A stretch of DNA of 64,000 nucleotides. It comes from Eutreptiella sp. 'Long Island Sound 2002' (lineage: Eukaryota; Protista; Euglenida). A program made the position numbers and the translations under genes. Within the stretch, counting starts at the first letter, position 1. Each line of letters opens with the position of its first letter. Where the stretch lies: positions 169,632,001 to 169,696,000 of the forward strand of contig OZ038378.1 of NCBI GenBank assembly GCA_964036045.1, written 5' to 3'. A model generated the notes under the pieces. That model was given only the letters and a program-made list of their open reading frames with translations. It had not been told where the DNA came from and did not search any database. Of this stretch, positions 21,501 to 36,700 are shown in pieces.

Positions 21501-24500
21501 ATTTGGGTCCCTGTCCACATGAACACGCTGTTACCAACAGGCCTCTGATGTACATGAGCCGGGGGTGGAGCCTACCCGACGCTCTGCCTGCAGGATCTCC
21601 GTCAGCCGCTCCACTTGGTCCCTCATGGCAACCTCCGTTGCCTCCTTTGTCTCTAGAAGCCCTTGAGCGCTCGCAAGCTTCTGCGCCGTGTCTTGGAGCT
21701 CGCTGCTCTGCTGCTTCTCCCGCTGCTCCGCCGCCAAAGCCTGCCGCTGCCATGTCTCCAAACCCTCCTTCTGCTGCGCATGTGCGGCCTCGAGGGTGGA
21801 CAGCTTCACAGACTGCTCCCGCGCCGTCTGCTCCAGCGGCTGCAAGCGCTCAAGCTCCTGCTTGTTGGCCTCCACGACAGTCCGCAGCCATGCCAGCTCC
21901 CGCTCCTGCTCCTCCTTGGTGTTGGTGGACGAGCGCAGGGAGTCCCTCTCTGTCTCCAGCATCGCCATCTGGGCCTTGTTGTGCTCCAGTTCCACAGTGA
22001 GGATGGTGATGGACTCCTCAGTCTTTTGGTGGAGCGTGCGGACCTGATACAACGGACAGTAATGCATGGGCGAAAGAGGGCAACAGCGAGTGTCAGACTT
22101 GGTGAGGGCCCATTTTCCAACCCTGTTACCAGGGACGCATGAGACATTGAGGAGAGAGTTGGGCTGGGTTGGGACAGGGCCTCACACAGGCGGGGATTGC
22201 AGGCCTTGGTCCCAAAGCCTGGCTAACCCGTTCCAAGGCCAAGTGGACTGGGACAGCCTCCATGGGCCACACCATAGCGCGGGTGTGCGGGATTCTGTCA
22301 TGGTGCCTGTGGGCCCCATAATTTCAGTTGATGGCCCAAGGCCTTGGCGGTAAACTGTAAAACTAGTGTTCCCTGCAACAGGACTCAGGCGCTAAGTATG
22401 CGGACTGGGCTGCACAGACCTGGTTGTCTGTAAATCAATGCTGCCTACCCTGTTTGGGCAGGTCTGGTGAGTGCAGCACATGTGAAGATCAAGGGGGAAT
22501 GGTTTTCAATCTGCAGTTGAAAACGAGGGGCTGAGGGAAATGAGCGTTCCCTATTGTTCGGTGCACGAAGGGCCTCGTCAGTTATCACAGGGCACCCAAT
22601 GCCGGAGGTACTATTGACGGTTGTTGGCCGTTTCGTCAGGGCAGTGCCTACCAGTTTTTGGCGCACATGGTCTGGCCAGTATGAGCCCATGAGCGCATGA
22701 GCAATGGAAAATGAGTGTGTCCGCTCCCAGTGTACCTGGTGCAGAAGCATACCTCATGATAAAGAAGCCAAGGGAGGGTGTAGGGCTCGTGAAGCCCCCC
22801 CCCCCCCCCCCACACACACACTCCTGCATAGCACCCAAGAGTACCAACCAGCGCACTTGCCCAGCCTTCATGGCAACCCCCTACTACACCTCAACAGCCT
22901 TCATGGAGCCTCCCCGCTTTCAAATTTCACAGAAGACCACTGGTTTCGCACAGACATTTGTGTTTTATAGGATTGATAGGAAAGGGTGTGTCTGGCAGGG
23001 GATAGTATGTGCATCCCACTGTCATGCCCAAGGCAGCAATGGCCTTTAGGTGGTGGGTAAGGAGGGAATCGCTGTACATAGCTGACCGTTGACCAATACA
23101 TGTCAATAAGGCATTGAGGTGTGTATGTAGGCCGAGCTCATGTTTGTAGCAGCAGATGACTGAACTGGATTGTTTAAATCGGCACAGCTTGTGTTTTATA
23201 CCCCGCCCCCCCATCACCTCCTCAATGTTCAATGTGCCCTTGTGCACCCCCCCCCCTCGGAAAATGGGACTCCACCACAACCCGGGAGTCTTCCCTGGCA
23301 GGTCCCCAGGGCAGGGAAGCGCTCTGTGCGCCCTGGGACCCCTCCCACTGCTTCAGGCGTGCCTCAGGCTGTGGGATGCCGGGCCCAGCCGATTCTGACA
23401 GCCCCACCTGTGCTGTATGGCAGTGTGTGGGTCCTGCCCAGCTGGGCAGCTTGGCAGCGTGTCTCTGTGTCCTGGAGGCTGTGTACCCCTGGCCTGTCTC
23501 TCCCCTGGTGGGTTCAGCGTAAGGCTCCCCTAGCCCACTGGGCCTGGAGCACCGGTCACAAGTTTTATGGTGTTGCATTTGAATTGACTGCATAGCACAT
23601 AATCCCTGCTGTCTCAGGGTCCCTAGAGAGGAAGGAGGAATCAAAAAAGGCTCCATAACCCCCTGCCGTCTTGGGGTCCCCAAAGAGGGGAGAAATCAAA
23701 AAAGCTACCGTCTCGGGATCCCTAGAGTGGAGAGGTAATAGAAAAAAAAAATACAAGAATGGGGAGGAATAGTAAAGAAAATACTGTTACTCAGTACAAA
23801 GCTGAGTAGAAACATGTTTTTTTCTCTTTGAAAAAAAAGATTTTTCATTCAGAACTTGAGTAGGAAGGAAAATGTTGTTTCTACTCAGTTTTGAAACTAT
23901 TTTAAAACTACAGCTTTGAATTTTTTTCTCTCAATCCCGAAAAGACGTAACAAGAGTTTTGCTCAGTTTTGAAGCTGAGTAAGACAACCCAAAACATTGT
24001 CAAAATGACTAAAATAAGATTAAAAAGGGTTTTTTCTTTGTTTAATGAAATTTTTTTCAAAAAATCCTTTTACTGACTTTTACTACAGAACCCTGTTGGG
24101 GGCTTATCACAGCCCTTTTGATTCCTCTTTGCTGTGGGGACCCAAAACGGCGTGCGTTATGAACATGATTGTGGATGAGGTCACCTTTGTATGTTCAGGA
24201 TGGGGTTGTGCAACCTTTGGACTGGCCTTACACATTTTCCGAAGAAACCCGTGAACATGCACTTTTGGCCAGGCCTCATCTATTGAAGGGGGCTTGGCAA
24301 CTGTTGTCGGCGGTTCACCCATTGCCAATGCAAATGCAGCCAGAGCGAATGCTGCAGACATTTACACTATCAAGAGGTTGCGAAATGACCCGCGGGCACA
24401 AAAATACCACCTGCCATCAACCTCTCCCAAAATTTATGCTTTCTGGTCAAAATTGTGTGTGAAAGGATTTTTGGTACAAATTTGGGGAAGAAATGAACCT

Positions 24501-24760
24501 GATCCAGAAAATTTTCTTTCCAAAATTTGATTAGTTTTGCTGAGTTTTACTTCATTCCTCCCACATGGTGGCCAAGGGTCTAAACACACCATATTGAATA
24601 AGTAGTGTTTCGTTTGCGTGAAATGCACAACATGAGTAGAGTCGGGCGCTTCTAAGAACCCGTTCCCCCCATAGAGGGGTTGGGGCACCACAAGCATGTG
24701 TCAGGGCCAGGGCTGTGTGTGTGTGTGTCTGTGTGTATGTGTGTGTGTGTGTGTGTGTGT

Positions 24761-24798
<38 letters not shown>

Positions 24799-27700
24799 GT
24801 GTAAGGGCCAGGGCCAAAATGGAGGTGCATCGCTCGCGGAACCTGAGTCAGGTTCTGCTCCAGGGTTTCGATCTGCAGGTGCCGATCCGACAGCAATCCG
24901 TTCTGGGAGCTCAGCTTCTCAGCGTACTCCTGCAACCGGTCCTCGTTTTCCAGCAGTTGCCTTCGCTGCTGCGCTCCATCGCTCTCCAATTTTTGTACAC
25001 TCTCCGTCAGAGTCTTGTTGCTCTCCTGCAGCTCCAAAAGGCGCTGCACGTCCTGCTCTGAGCTTCGCTTCAGTTCAGTCAGCTCGGAAACCGTGCGCTC
25101 CAACTCGGTTTGTTTTGCTGTGACCTGAATGGTGTGTGCAGTGGGTTCAAAGCAGGTTGGGGAGGGGGGGCGCCTAACGTGCGCTTGCACCCATGCAAGC
25201 CCAGGTCAAGACCCTGGTCTTAGCAATATCCTGTCCCCATAGGAGGGGATGGGGTTGCCATTCAAGGCTGTACAGCGCAACCGCCGTCCACTGACATGTC
25301 TTATGTATGACCTGCTTGTTGGTCAGGGCATGTGGGGAGCAGCATGGGGGATGGCGGGGCTCACCGCTGACAGGGGAACCCAGAGGGTTGGGGGTCACCG
25401 AGTTTGACGCATCAGTGGGGCACTGTGTTTCCAGGCATTTTTCCCCAACGTGTTGCTCAACGAGTTGCGTGCTCGCTGTGCCACAGGCCAGGCGATTCCT
25501 GATGGGTGTGTGCCTGGGCTGAGGGCCTGTGGACACGAGAGCACAGGTGCAGGGCCAGGGATTGGAAGAGGGGGAAGGGGGGGCTGTCTGATTCCTCGGC
25601 TGATCAACGGGAGGTATCTCATTTGGTTCCCTCAGCACTGTGCACCTGCTGACCTGAATTCCACATACCCAGTCAGACTGCCTTTTCAACTAAACCTGCT
25701 TTCATTGCGCCGCTGCCGATACAACCGCCATCAATCAGGATGGGACCCAGTGATGCCTCAAAACACTTGAAAGCTTCACTGCCCTTAGAAAGGAAAACGA
25801 AAGCAAAATTTGACCTGGTTCCCGCATGCACAGCCTTGTGCCCCTTTCAGAAAATAGACCACGCCCCAAACTGCTCCCGCATGCGCAAGCCAAAGCCAAC
25901 CATCCATTCGGGAGGGAGGACACCTGCTTCTTCCACTGCTCCGTGAGGCGCAGGGCCTCCTCAATCTCGTTGTCCTTGGTGGCCACCTTCTCCTTCCACC
26001 GCCCCAATTCATACTCCACATTCTTCACCTGATCTCCTGCGCGGCTGCAGTCGTCCAGCTGCTGCGTCAAAGCCACCAGCCGCTCCTGCAGCCCCGTGCT
26101 CAGCGCCAGCAGCCGCATGCTCTCCGCCTTCTGCTCCCTGTGCTCTTGGTCCTTCAGCTGCTGGGCGCTGCGCGCAGCATCCGCCTCCGCCTGCTTCTGC
26201 TCAAGCGCCTGCAACCGCTGAGCGCTTACATTTTCAAGGTTCCGATAGCTTGCCTGCAGTTCCTGCATCATCGTCGCGCTCTGGGCGTTGGTGGAAGTCA
26301 TCTCATGCAGCTTGCGCTGCAGCTGCTCCAAGGTTTGTTCCTTGCTATGCACGAGCTCCTGTGCACGAGCACACAAGATGGGTCGGGGTGCAGGGGCAAC
26401 ACACCCCAAAGGACCACTACGCCCCCGCCCAGGGGTGGGGTGGGGGGATATCACACGAAACCAATCGCGTACTTAGAATCAACCTCCAATTCCCGGCCCC
26501 TTTTGTAGATTACGTTTTCTGTTGCGGGAATTTTTCTAATGTGGGTGGGTGGGTGGATCGGCGGCGGCCGGCCAGGGCCCATTCCCAGGGCTTTGCTTGA
26601 GCGGGAGGGAGAGGGGGGGGGGGGGCTGTGTGACATTCCGTCTGGGAAGGAGCCCCCCCCCCCCCCCCCGCCGAAATGAAACTTAAAGCAAAGCCCTTGG
26701 CCGCCCCCCCCCCCCCCCCCCCGCGCCGTAGGTGGATCCGATAAGCAATCCCCTGCCTTCTCCGTCACACATGGTCCGAGGCCCCTGGTTGCGTAGGACC
26801 CTCAGTAAGCATTGGCCTGGAAGGAGGTGCGACGGTACTCCCTCACAAGGGTGCACCCTTGTGTGTTGCAGCTCTCCGTTCCACAACCTCCCGCCTGGCG
26901 CTCAAGAACGTTTGAGAAGTGCATGTCGTGTCACAGCTCCACCAGACGACCGCATTCGTCTGACAGTACATCTGCACAAGTGAGGGGCTCAAGGGAGCCC
27001 ATGTTGTCTCTGCACGCGTTTCGCCTTTCTGGCCCTGCCTCCGTCGCGCTTGTTCCGTTCATTTCGACGCCCAGTGAATCCGCCGCTCTGCGCTTGCAAC
27101 CGCCCCCTGTCGTGCTCAACCGCAAACCTGACCCCGGGTCTCTCGGCTCTCGCTCTTTGCTGCCGCTCACGAAAGTAAAGCCGCTGGGCATGACGACAGA
27201 TTGCATACGGGACCGGCCCATCAAAAAGGTCCCATGTGAGGAAAGGGAAGAGTGTGGGGGGGGGGGGGGGGGTAGGGGAGGTAGGGGAGGGGGCAGAGAG
27301 GGAGGGAGGGAGGGAGCGAGCGAGCGAGCAGGGGAGAAAGACTGAGAGGACGGACAGAGAACAACAAACGACCCACTAAAAGTGGGGACAGACAACAACG
27401 TGTGCACACCTGGCACTCCGCCCACAACTGGTCCACTATCTTTTTCTGTTTTGCCACCGTCACTTCCATGCGTTCCTCGTGCTGCTGCTTCTGGTCGTTC
27501 AGCGCTTGCGACAGTCGGCTAATTTCCCGTACCTGCCCCGCCGCCCGCATCTCCAGCGCCTCCAGGACCCCGTGCAGCCGGATCACTTCCGCCTGCGTCC
27601 CCTCCAGCTCCCGCTTGCGCACCTCCTCTTGCCTCTGCAGCTCTGACACTTGTCCACGCAGAGCCTCCAGCTCCGTGGCATGCTCCTGTTCACGCCGCCG

Positions 27701-30700
27701 GGCCTGCACCAAATCTGCCTCCTTCGCACGCAGCGCAGATTCCAACGGCTGCAACCGTCCTACGAAGCATGTGTCCGCGTAGGAACGTGGTGTGCACGGG
27801 TGAATGCGTGGGTGGTGCAACCAGAAGACACGCGCTTCCATGTGCGCATCCCTGCCTTGGGGCGTGCGGGCCGGCGTGCAGGGGCAGGGGCGCGTGCGCA
27901 GAAATACCCGAATGCGTGTGCGTTGCCAGCACGTGGGCGTTGGCGTAGATGCACCTTTTTACTGCGGAGCAACCCCTCCCTGTCAAGGGCGGTCCCTGAG
28001 AGCCCCCACCCCCAAAAAAAAGATGACTGGTGGCGTCGGTCAAACCCAGTTCGACGGTTGGAGGGTAACCGACAGCGGTTCGACAGTCACTCCAGCGGTC
28101 CCTTGGGGCGGTCGTTAGTGCATAACAAAGAAAACATTGCGGACGTCGTCCACAATCCCCCTGCCCCGCGCATCAAAAAAGGACCCTACAACTGGGCCCA
28201 GTCTTTGTGCTTTGCCGGTAGATATGGAAGCTTGAGGGACGTTGGATGCATGGCTGTGCATGGCGTGCATTGGTCGGCCAGTGGGTGCCAGGCCATTCGC
28301 GACGCCGTGCGCAGGCGACCGTGTGCGCATGCGCGCGTCCATGGCTGTGCATAGGCAGGGGCAACCGGTCTCAAAGGACTTGGCCTCGAGCAAGCCCTGC
28401 AGCCGGGCCAGCTCGTGTACGCTCTCCTCGCGGCTCCGCAGCTGCTGGTCCAGTTGGTCCTGCAGAAGACGGAACTCCTTGAGGAGCTGCTCGTGCTGCG
28501 TGGTCAAGGCCGCCTTCTCGTCCGCCAGGGCGCTCCGCTCCAGTTTCAACACCCGCACCTCCTCAGAGGCGGTGAGTACCTTGTGCTGCAACTCAGCCAT
28601 GCCCGTCACGGCGTCAGACCGCGTGTCGCTGAGCAGCTGCAACTCCAGCTGCTGGACTTGGGCCTGCAACCTGGTGACATGCATCGATGGAAAAGCCCGC
28701 GCCTCTGCGGACCCTGCCCACGCCCCTTTTCAAGCCATTGCTAAGGGCATTGGGCATGAACAGCGGCACGAGCAGGCGCAGGGGCAGCAGCATCGGAGGC
28801 ACCGATTTTGTCAAAGCCCATGCCAGCGGTGCTGCCAATGCATCTGCTCCCGCCCCCGCGATGCCCTGCCAATGGCAATGGCAATGCCAATGCCCCTGCC
28901 TATGCCCTGCCTAGACAGTGTTGCAGTACAGACCTGTCGATGGTGCGTCTTGCCGAACAAGAGAAGATACCAACACCCCAAAGACACAATACACGTAACA
29001 CCTGAAGCAGAAGACTAGACTTCAGGAAGCCCCCCTCTCAACCAGTTCCTTGCACAGGAGGGCGGAGGGGGGAGGTGTCTCCCTCCTCATTTGGCACACC
29101 GCTACTCTCAGGAACGCAGGGGCACGGGTGGAAAGGGCAGCGAAATGGGCGAGGGCAGAGGGAAGGGGGCACGAGCAGGGGCATCGGTAAGGGTGGCGGA
29201 AGGGTGAGTGGCAACGGGCGCAGCATCTGCAGAGCAATACCGTGAGATCTGAGCCCCACTTTCACTGAGCGCCCGCTGGCCCGTCTCCATCTCCTCCACC
29301 AGATGCATGGACAACCGCTTCTGCACCTGCGATGCCTTGTGAGTGGCCCGCAGCAATTGTTGCATCTGCTTTCGCCACTCTGCCTCGCAATCGCACACCA
29401 CCTTGCACCGGCCTTGCTCCTCCTGCATCTGAAGGATGCTCAAATCGCGCCGCCGCAGCATTGTCTGCAGCGCCTCTGTCCGCCCTTGCACTTCACACAG
29501 GCTGCTCGTGGCCTTCTCCGACTGGCGCATGAATGCATCCACCTTCTCTTCTTGTACGCCTGCTTGAACCCGCACCTGTACAACACGCATGCCCCCATCG
29601 CTGAACACGCCATATGACATTGAGGTTCCCGCTGCACACTGGACGCCAACACTTCGCGTTCCCCGTGGGCTGCCGCCTCCGCGCGAGGGCGTGGACTTTA
29701 GTGCAGCAGCCCGTGGAATCCCAATTTGCGTTGGGTGTTTTGAATTTGATCTATGCAAACTTGTGCGACAGCACCCAAATAGGGGGAAACTGCGTTTTTT
29801 TCCTGCAGAATTCAGTTTTGCAGAGCTGCTTTTGGTTGACTTCACTCGCCACGGTCTCTGTCGTTTCGTGTTCGGAGGGACATTTAAGATTCATCATGGC
29901 CTGAGCACCTGAAAGCCCCATGTCAAACCGAAGCCCGCCGTCCCTAGGGCACTTCCAGAGAGTGCACGGTGCACAGATCCCCCACAGGTCAAGGGACAGT
30001 GACTAACCGGGACGGACTCAAAGAGTGGGCGGAGATCAGTGATGCTGACAGAGGATTTACACACAAGGATCGAGGGGGACGAAGGCTTCCAGCCCCAGGC
30101 TGCCCTTGAAAACAAGAGGCCGAAGGAAACAAGCCGCAATCGTGAGCAGGGGCGTAGACATCCCACTCTCACCCACAAGACCGCCATCCCCCCCTCCCCC
30201 GCGCCTTGTGCAACCCACACACACACACCCAAAAGTGACCTCCACCAATAAGCAGGTCATACAAATGGCACTTTGACGCCGGGTGTACCACATGGCACCT
30301 TAGCAGCCTTGATAAAACAGCCCCCTGGGGACCCCCAACCCCTCAAAGCCCCCCCCCCCCCGCTTCTGTGGAGCACCCCTTCCGTGGACGGCCACTTATC
30401 ACCTTGTGCCAGCCCCCCCCTCCCATGTAAAATTTCGTTTCCTCATGCATTTACGGGGCTTAATCAATCCCTTGGTGTATCTGCTGGCTCCCGTCAATCG
30501 TGTCGCTTGTCCCGCTTCTGTCTCCCCCCATGCATGCGAAACAAGGGAAGCCTGCCACGGACCCCTGACCCGAACCCGAAGAAGACTGAATACTCAGCCG
30601 TTGGAACACTTGGGGGATCGTACACGGGGATCCCCACCAACGAAATCCTGGGTACGGTACACACATACAGCGCATACACACACGTACATCACGCAAACAA

Positions 30701-33700
30701 AAACTGTGGCAGCCGCCTTCTGTTGACCCCATACAATACATACATACATAAATACTTCATACCACCGAAAGGTGGGTTACCAATGCCGCCTGTGCTTCTC
30801 AAACGACCAGTGGCCCAAGGAAATCCCCACGACTCCACACCTCCACAAGCTCCGCCGTGAGCTTATTAATCTCCGACGTCTGCCGCTGTTCGGTCGCCTG
30901 GGCCTCCACCAATGCCAACTGCTGCTGGCGCAGGTCCACTTCCAGCCTCTGTACCTCGGCGATCAGCGACGTGGCACTGGCCGCGTGCTGCTCGCAGGAC
31001 TCCTCTCTGGCGCTCAGCTGACGCTGCAGGGCCTGCAAAGCAGAATGGTGCTGCTCGGCCATCCGCCGCATCTCGTCCCTGGCCACTGCCTCGCCCTTCT
31101 TGGCCGCCGCCGTCTGCTCCGCCGCGCTCTCCTTCATTTTCTGCAGCAGCTCTGTCAGGCACGTGACCTGCTGGTTAAGAGCCTCCGCTTTGTCTTTCTC
31201 TGCATCCAAAGAGCCCTGCAGCCGTGCCGCATCGGTCATGTATTGGTGCAGGGCCGACTGGCTTTGCTCATCTCCAGCCTTAAACCCTGAATGAGTAGCA
31301 TAGTGCGACGTCCAAACAGGTGCCAGGGTTTGCGGGCCCTTCGTCCTGCACAATACTCCAAGGATGGATATGAACGAGGGGGGGGGCTTCCCCCATCCAA
31401 AGCCCCCTCTCCCCCTCCCCCTCCCCCTCGTGCACGATATTTCCATTGTGTGGACGAAGGGAGGGCTGTTGCCTTGCAAGCATATTCAGTCATACTTCCA
31501 TGAAAAATGACAACGCATAGCGTCTCGTACCGTCGGAGAATTGAGGAGAATGGTGGGAACGGGGGGTGCCGTCTCAATATGACTCGCTTTTGGAGCCCAA
31601 TACCACTCAGGCAACCATCTGTGCCATGCGGTACAGACATTGTGTGGAACCTGTTTGGACACACCATTGCACTGTGTGCTCAGCTACTTTGAATATGCAA
31701 ATTGTCACATGGTGCAGGAAATATCCAAAAGCAATTTGTACAATGCAGCGGCATCAGGAATGCAGGCTGCTTGTACCTTTTGCACAGGCAGTACTAGTGG
31801 GCACTAGCTGGATGCAACTGCGAGCCCCCCACACTTCCAGCTCCCCCTGTAACGTTCTCTCAAATGACTGCAGGAAACAAGCAAATTAGCCGCTGTGTGG
31901 CAAGAGGGTGCGGAGGACTGCTTTGTCTACCTGCCCAGTTTCGCCAACACTGTCCGTACAGCCGCTCCATCCAAGCCTCTCATCGCCTCCTTCGGAGCAC
32001 AGCCATGCCCCTCAGACTTCGTTGGTTCCAGCGACGTCAATTCCAGCCAAAGTAGGCTGGATGATAGATACCTCAGCGTATGGTGGTCACTTGGTGGTGG
32101 GGGGTCCGAACACAATGGCATGGTATCAAGCCTGAAGGCACAACCCGGTGAGTGTGAAGCAGTGTTCCTTTTCGAACAGGCAGACGACCAACGTACGTCA
32201 AGAGTACTCAAGAGTACCAAAAAACAACGGGGGATGGGGGCTAGAAAAACATGCCAGGCAGACAGTATTCATCCAGACTGGAAAACGACTGCAATCAAGG
32301 AAAACCAAGATGCTTCATGCACACAAAAATCTGCTCCACAGCCAAAGAAAAAATCCTTGAAATAAGGTAACAAAATCACAGGGCCAAGCATCTGCCGTTC
32401 CAAAACACTGGCATAAACAATGGCGAGAACAAGGAAGTACGGGGTGGCAAAGCCGGCGATGCATGAGAAGATAAATGAAAAGGACAACAGATGGGTGGAC
32501 AGAGATGCAGGTAAAAGACAGTAAAAGAGGAAGAAGAGCAGAGGTTTGTGAGGTCACGTGGAAAGGCGAAAACATCAGGCAGGGGCCCTGATGTGTTCTG
32601 GATTCCCACAAGGGCATTGTGTGCAGAGTTGCTTTTTCAGGATCACGGCACGGGGGGATTGCTTTTGGGGGAGGTCGCACAAGGGAAACAGACCCTCGAT
32701 TTGCCGCAGAAGCCCCTCAAGCTCGCCCAGCTGCGCCGTTTGCCGCTCCCGGAGCATGACCAACTCCACATCCTTCTCATGCACCGTGAGCTCCAGTGGT
32801 GTGAGACAAGCGACCTGCTGTTCTGTGGCGGCCAGTGCACCTGACAAGCGGGCTGCTTCCAACCCACGGCCCTCCTCCAGCCGCAGCTGTTGCGTGAGTG
32901 CATCCAGGCGGGCCTCGAGACGCGTGATTAGGACCATGTAAGTTTGCTCGCGGCTCAGTAGCTGTCGATTGTCCTGCAGGGGAATGGGGTCGCAAGCAAG
33001 GCAATGGGACTGCAAGCAGACAAAATGCATACTCAGCAGAAAGCAACGTTGCTCCAAAAATGAGCATTACTCACTCTTTACTCAGTTGAAAGACTGAGTA
33101 TAAGGAGCCTATTAAAAGCAGGTAATTGTACTTTTTGTAAACTGAGATTGGAAGGGGGCGTAGTTAGCGTAGACGAGAAGATACTGACCATAGGGTTGGG
33201 ATGGAGTTCAAATGAACGGATGCACCCATTATGCGTTGATCCAGAGCCAGGTTACATTCCACACATTCCACATTTTTTTTCTGTGTGGACTCCCCAACCG
33301 ATGGTGGGGGTCCCAGGTTCTATGTCCGGGCACCCCCTGATTGGCCTCTGTGGGCCTCCAACAGTGAGAACTTTGAGGTGACCTTCAATGACCGCTGGGT
33401 GGCCTTGGACCAAGCTTGGGTCATCATTTGGTGACAATGGAAGCACATACAAAACGCTTTTCGGGGCCACTAGACACCACTAGGAGGGCCTAATTGGTGC
33501 TACATGGCTCCCCGTGGGTTTATATATTCTTCTTTTGTCACCAGTTGATGACCCAACCCTAGAATCATTAGAGGGTACCCCAAAATTGTGGTTTTTCAGC
33601 CAACCCATACCGGCGTTAAAATGGCTGCTAAGCCCCCCCCCCCCCCCCCTGAAGCCCATTTTAGGCGGCAGTGGTGGTGTGTGTAGTGTGGGGGGAACTT

Positions 33701-36700
33701 TGGGGAGGGTGGGGGGGGGGGGGGGCTCAAACAAAAAATGAGCCCCCCTTTATTTAGGCTGAAAATCACCAGTACTTTCGTTTTTTCAATTTTGAGCTGA
33801 AAAACTGTTTTTGGGTCCTAACACCACGGGGCTTGGTGATGGGTGGTGGGGGGGGCCTGGAGGGGGTGTGACCTAATTAAAAAACAGACAAATGCAAACC
33901 AGAGGTAATGCACTCCACAGTCAGGCATAAGTGCATCTTTATTCTCTATGCCAAACCTGGTTAAACCTCAAGACACACACTGTGTCTGAATCAGAAAACA
34001 GAACATCATGTCTGACTACATTAGTCAGACAATCACAGTCAGTAGCTGTCAGTCAGACATCAGCAGGGGGGCCTGGGGGGGGGGGCTATATACCCATGGT
34101 AGGAGACATGTTTTGTAGCTGCTTCTTCCATGACTCTTCAAACTATGGCTTGGTGGCAAGGGGAAATGAACTTGCCAACATGTGGCCATGCTGCATCAAT
34201 TGAGCCGATCTAAAAATCCACTCACCAACTCCGAATCATCCCTTTTGTTGTAGCCCCGCACTTGGCAGGTGGGCCATTTGAAAGATGGCCTGCATCGGTT
34301 GGCTGAAAAATCAAGGTTTTGTGGCAACTTGTGGCGACCCATGGGGACCCTTGGGCCAGCCAGGCTTGGATCGTCATTTGGTGACAATGGAAACACATGT
34401 GAATCCATGGGGTGCCATGTAGCACCAATTATGCCCCCTTATTGGTGCCCAAGGAACTATTTAGCACCATGAGCAAAACTTGGTAGGATTATTGCGGCCA
34501 CTACGCATCAGTCTAGACACAGGAGCCCATCCAGGAGTCGAGACCACGTGGCAACCGTCAAACTCTAATCCAAATTGCATGAGAAAATTCTTTTCATGAC
34601 AATTTCAGAAAAAAATAACATTTTCTACCTCATTTTCACCATGCAGACATTTGCTGCAACATGGAGCCATGTCACATATTCTGTTGCATCATTCAAACAT
34701 TCCCTTCGCAACTAAACCCATTTTTCAGGTGTGGTACATAATTTTTTCCCGCAATCAAGATACTTGAACGAGCATTACCGCAACAGTGTCATCAACTCAA
34801 GCCCCAATAATGCTCACAAACGGTTTCTGTTTCTGCATCTCATGGAGAATTGTTTGCCAAAACACCAGACATGACAAAATACTACCAAGACACTCTCGTG
34901 GTCCGCTGAATTTGAATGAAGGCCCGGCAAAATTTCTGATGGAAAATGAAATCCCCTGCAACAATTTGCCACATTTCTTCCTTGAGGCTGCGAATGGAGA
35001 ACGGCACATTAGCATCAATGCTCAACAATCAAAACAAAAATTCAAAAATTCTTGGAACCTCTTACGTGCGCATTGCATTCCGGCGTCCCCATAGGTCTTT
35101 CTTGCAATCCTATTGTTTTCCATGCCGCTTTGGAGGAAATGTGTCTGAATGATTCGTAGTGATCCATTCCAACAAAACAATGCAAATGTGCTCCTCCTCC
35201 GATGTTGCTTTTACACATGGTCGCCCCCCGTTTTTTTTTTGAACCACGGCGGTTTCCCGCCCCCCCCAAAAACAGGCCTTTAGGCCCCTATGCTGCAGCT
35301 TCAACAGAAGGGGCGACTTCACATTGGAAAAAATTGAACTGTCCCACCAATGTGCGCTGTAAACAAACAGACAAGCACACCTGTTCGCTCTTCTGCAAAC
35401 GGTTGCGACACTCATGGAATTGTTTCTGCAGGTTCTGCACCTCGGGAAGAAGCTCCTGGACCGGTGATGGATTGCCACTGTGGTCCACTTTCCAAAGCCC
35501 TTCTGCCTTAACGTCCTCCCCATACCGCACAGTTCTGATGTAGTGCGCCTCCGTGCGAGTCCCGCCTTCTTCGGAAAAGCTCACAGACCCGAGCTGCTGC
35601 AACTGCTGTTGAAGGTTTTCTGTGACGCCATCCTTTATGCTCATTTGCTTAGCCAGCGTCTGCACTTTGGTTTCGCTGGCCTCCACTTGCGCTTGTAGAT
35701 GCAGCATTTCTTGGCTCTGTTGTTGCAACTTTGTATGGCTGGTTTGCAACTCCGCGGAAAGTTCCACCACCTTCGCTTGGAGCTGAAGACACACCTGTGG
35801 CACACGTTCGTTGGCGGCAGAACAGGTTGCCCCAAAGAGACGGTCATTCAGGCAATCCGATCTGAAGACTGCACCCCAGTGGGCGGCGTTACCTGCTGCT
35901 GTATGAATGACGGGTCCCAGACGGTCACGCAAGTGATAAAAGGAATGCCGAGGGAAACCACAGAAAACCGCTATGCGGCGCGCGAGCGGGCACAAAGAGC
36001 ATTCACTATGCCCAAGTTTAAAAGTTTTATGATGCATAAATATCCCCTCCCTTGCTCGCTGGCGGCAAGAGTGCTGGCGGGTATATCCCGACTTGCCCCG
36101 AAGCTCGGGCACTTGTAATTCTGCAGCGAGTGGCGTCCCAATCCAACAACATCCGAATGAAGAGTAGCAAACAGTTTCTTCGGGCATAGGGCCGTGCTCC
36201 GCCAAGCCAAACACAGCCTCCACTTAAGCGTGTCGCGGCATGCACGTGTGAAATACCTCTTCCTTCGCCATAAACTGCTGATACAAACTCTCAAACGCTT
36301 CATCTCTTGCACTGGCCGACGCATCAGTGCCAAACAATTCACAGACCCGCTGCAACTATGAAATGGAAGGGTCAATAGAAACCACTTACCACGGAAAGTG
36401 GGGTGCACGCAACAAGATGCACCATCCATGTGACACCCACGCAACGTCGGAGCGACCATGCATTGTTCTGTCATGGGCCCATCGCACATAATTTGGGAAT
36501 CGTGGTGCCTGTCATAAAAGCGGCCAGAGATCTTTTGGGAAACCCCCTCACAGTGTCGCACACACCTCGGCTCGAATGTCAATCTTCTCGTCGCACAACC
36601 TTTGTAAGTGCAACAATTCAACGGCTTGCTTCCGAACGTGGTCTTCGACTTCAGCAATCTGTTGCTCGGCCGATAAAGCGCTTTGTGTCCCTTGTAATCC

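Noticed and set aside
26611-26725. Long G/C homopolymer clusters as G-quadruplex regulatory sites
   Set aside because: Such runs occur throughout the window, mostly at repeat edges, and their lengths are error-prone; there is no specific signal
13076-32941. Many plus-strand Ser/Cys/Leu-rich ORFs (e.g. 15187-16197, 21663-22142, 28242-29018)
   Set aside because: Antisense shadows of the CAG/GAG-rich coiled-coil exons
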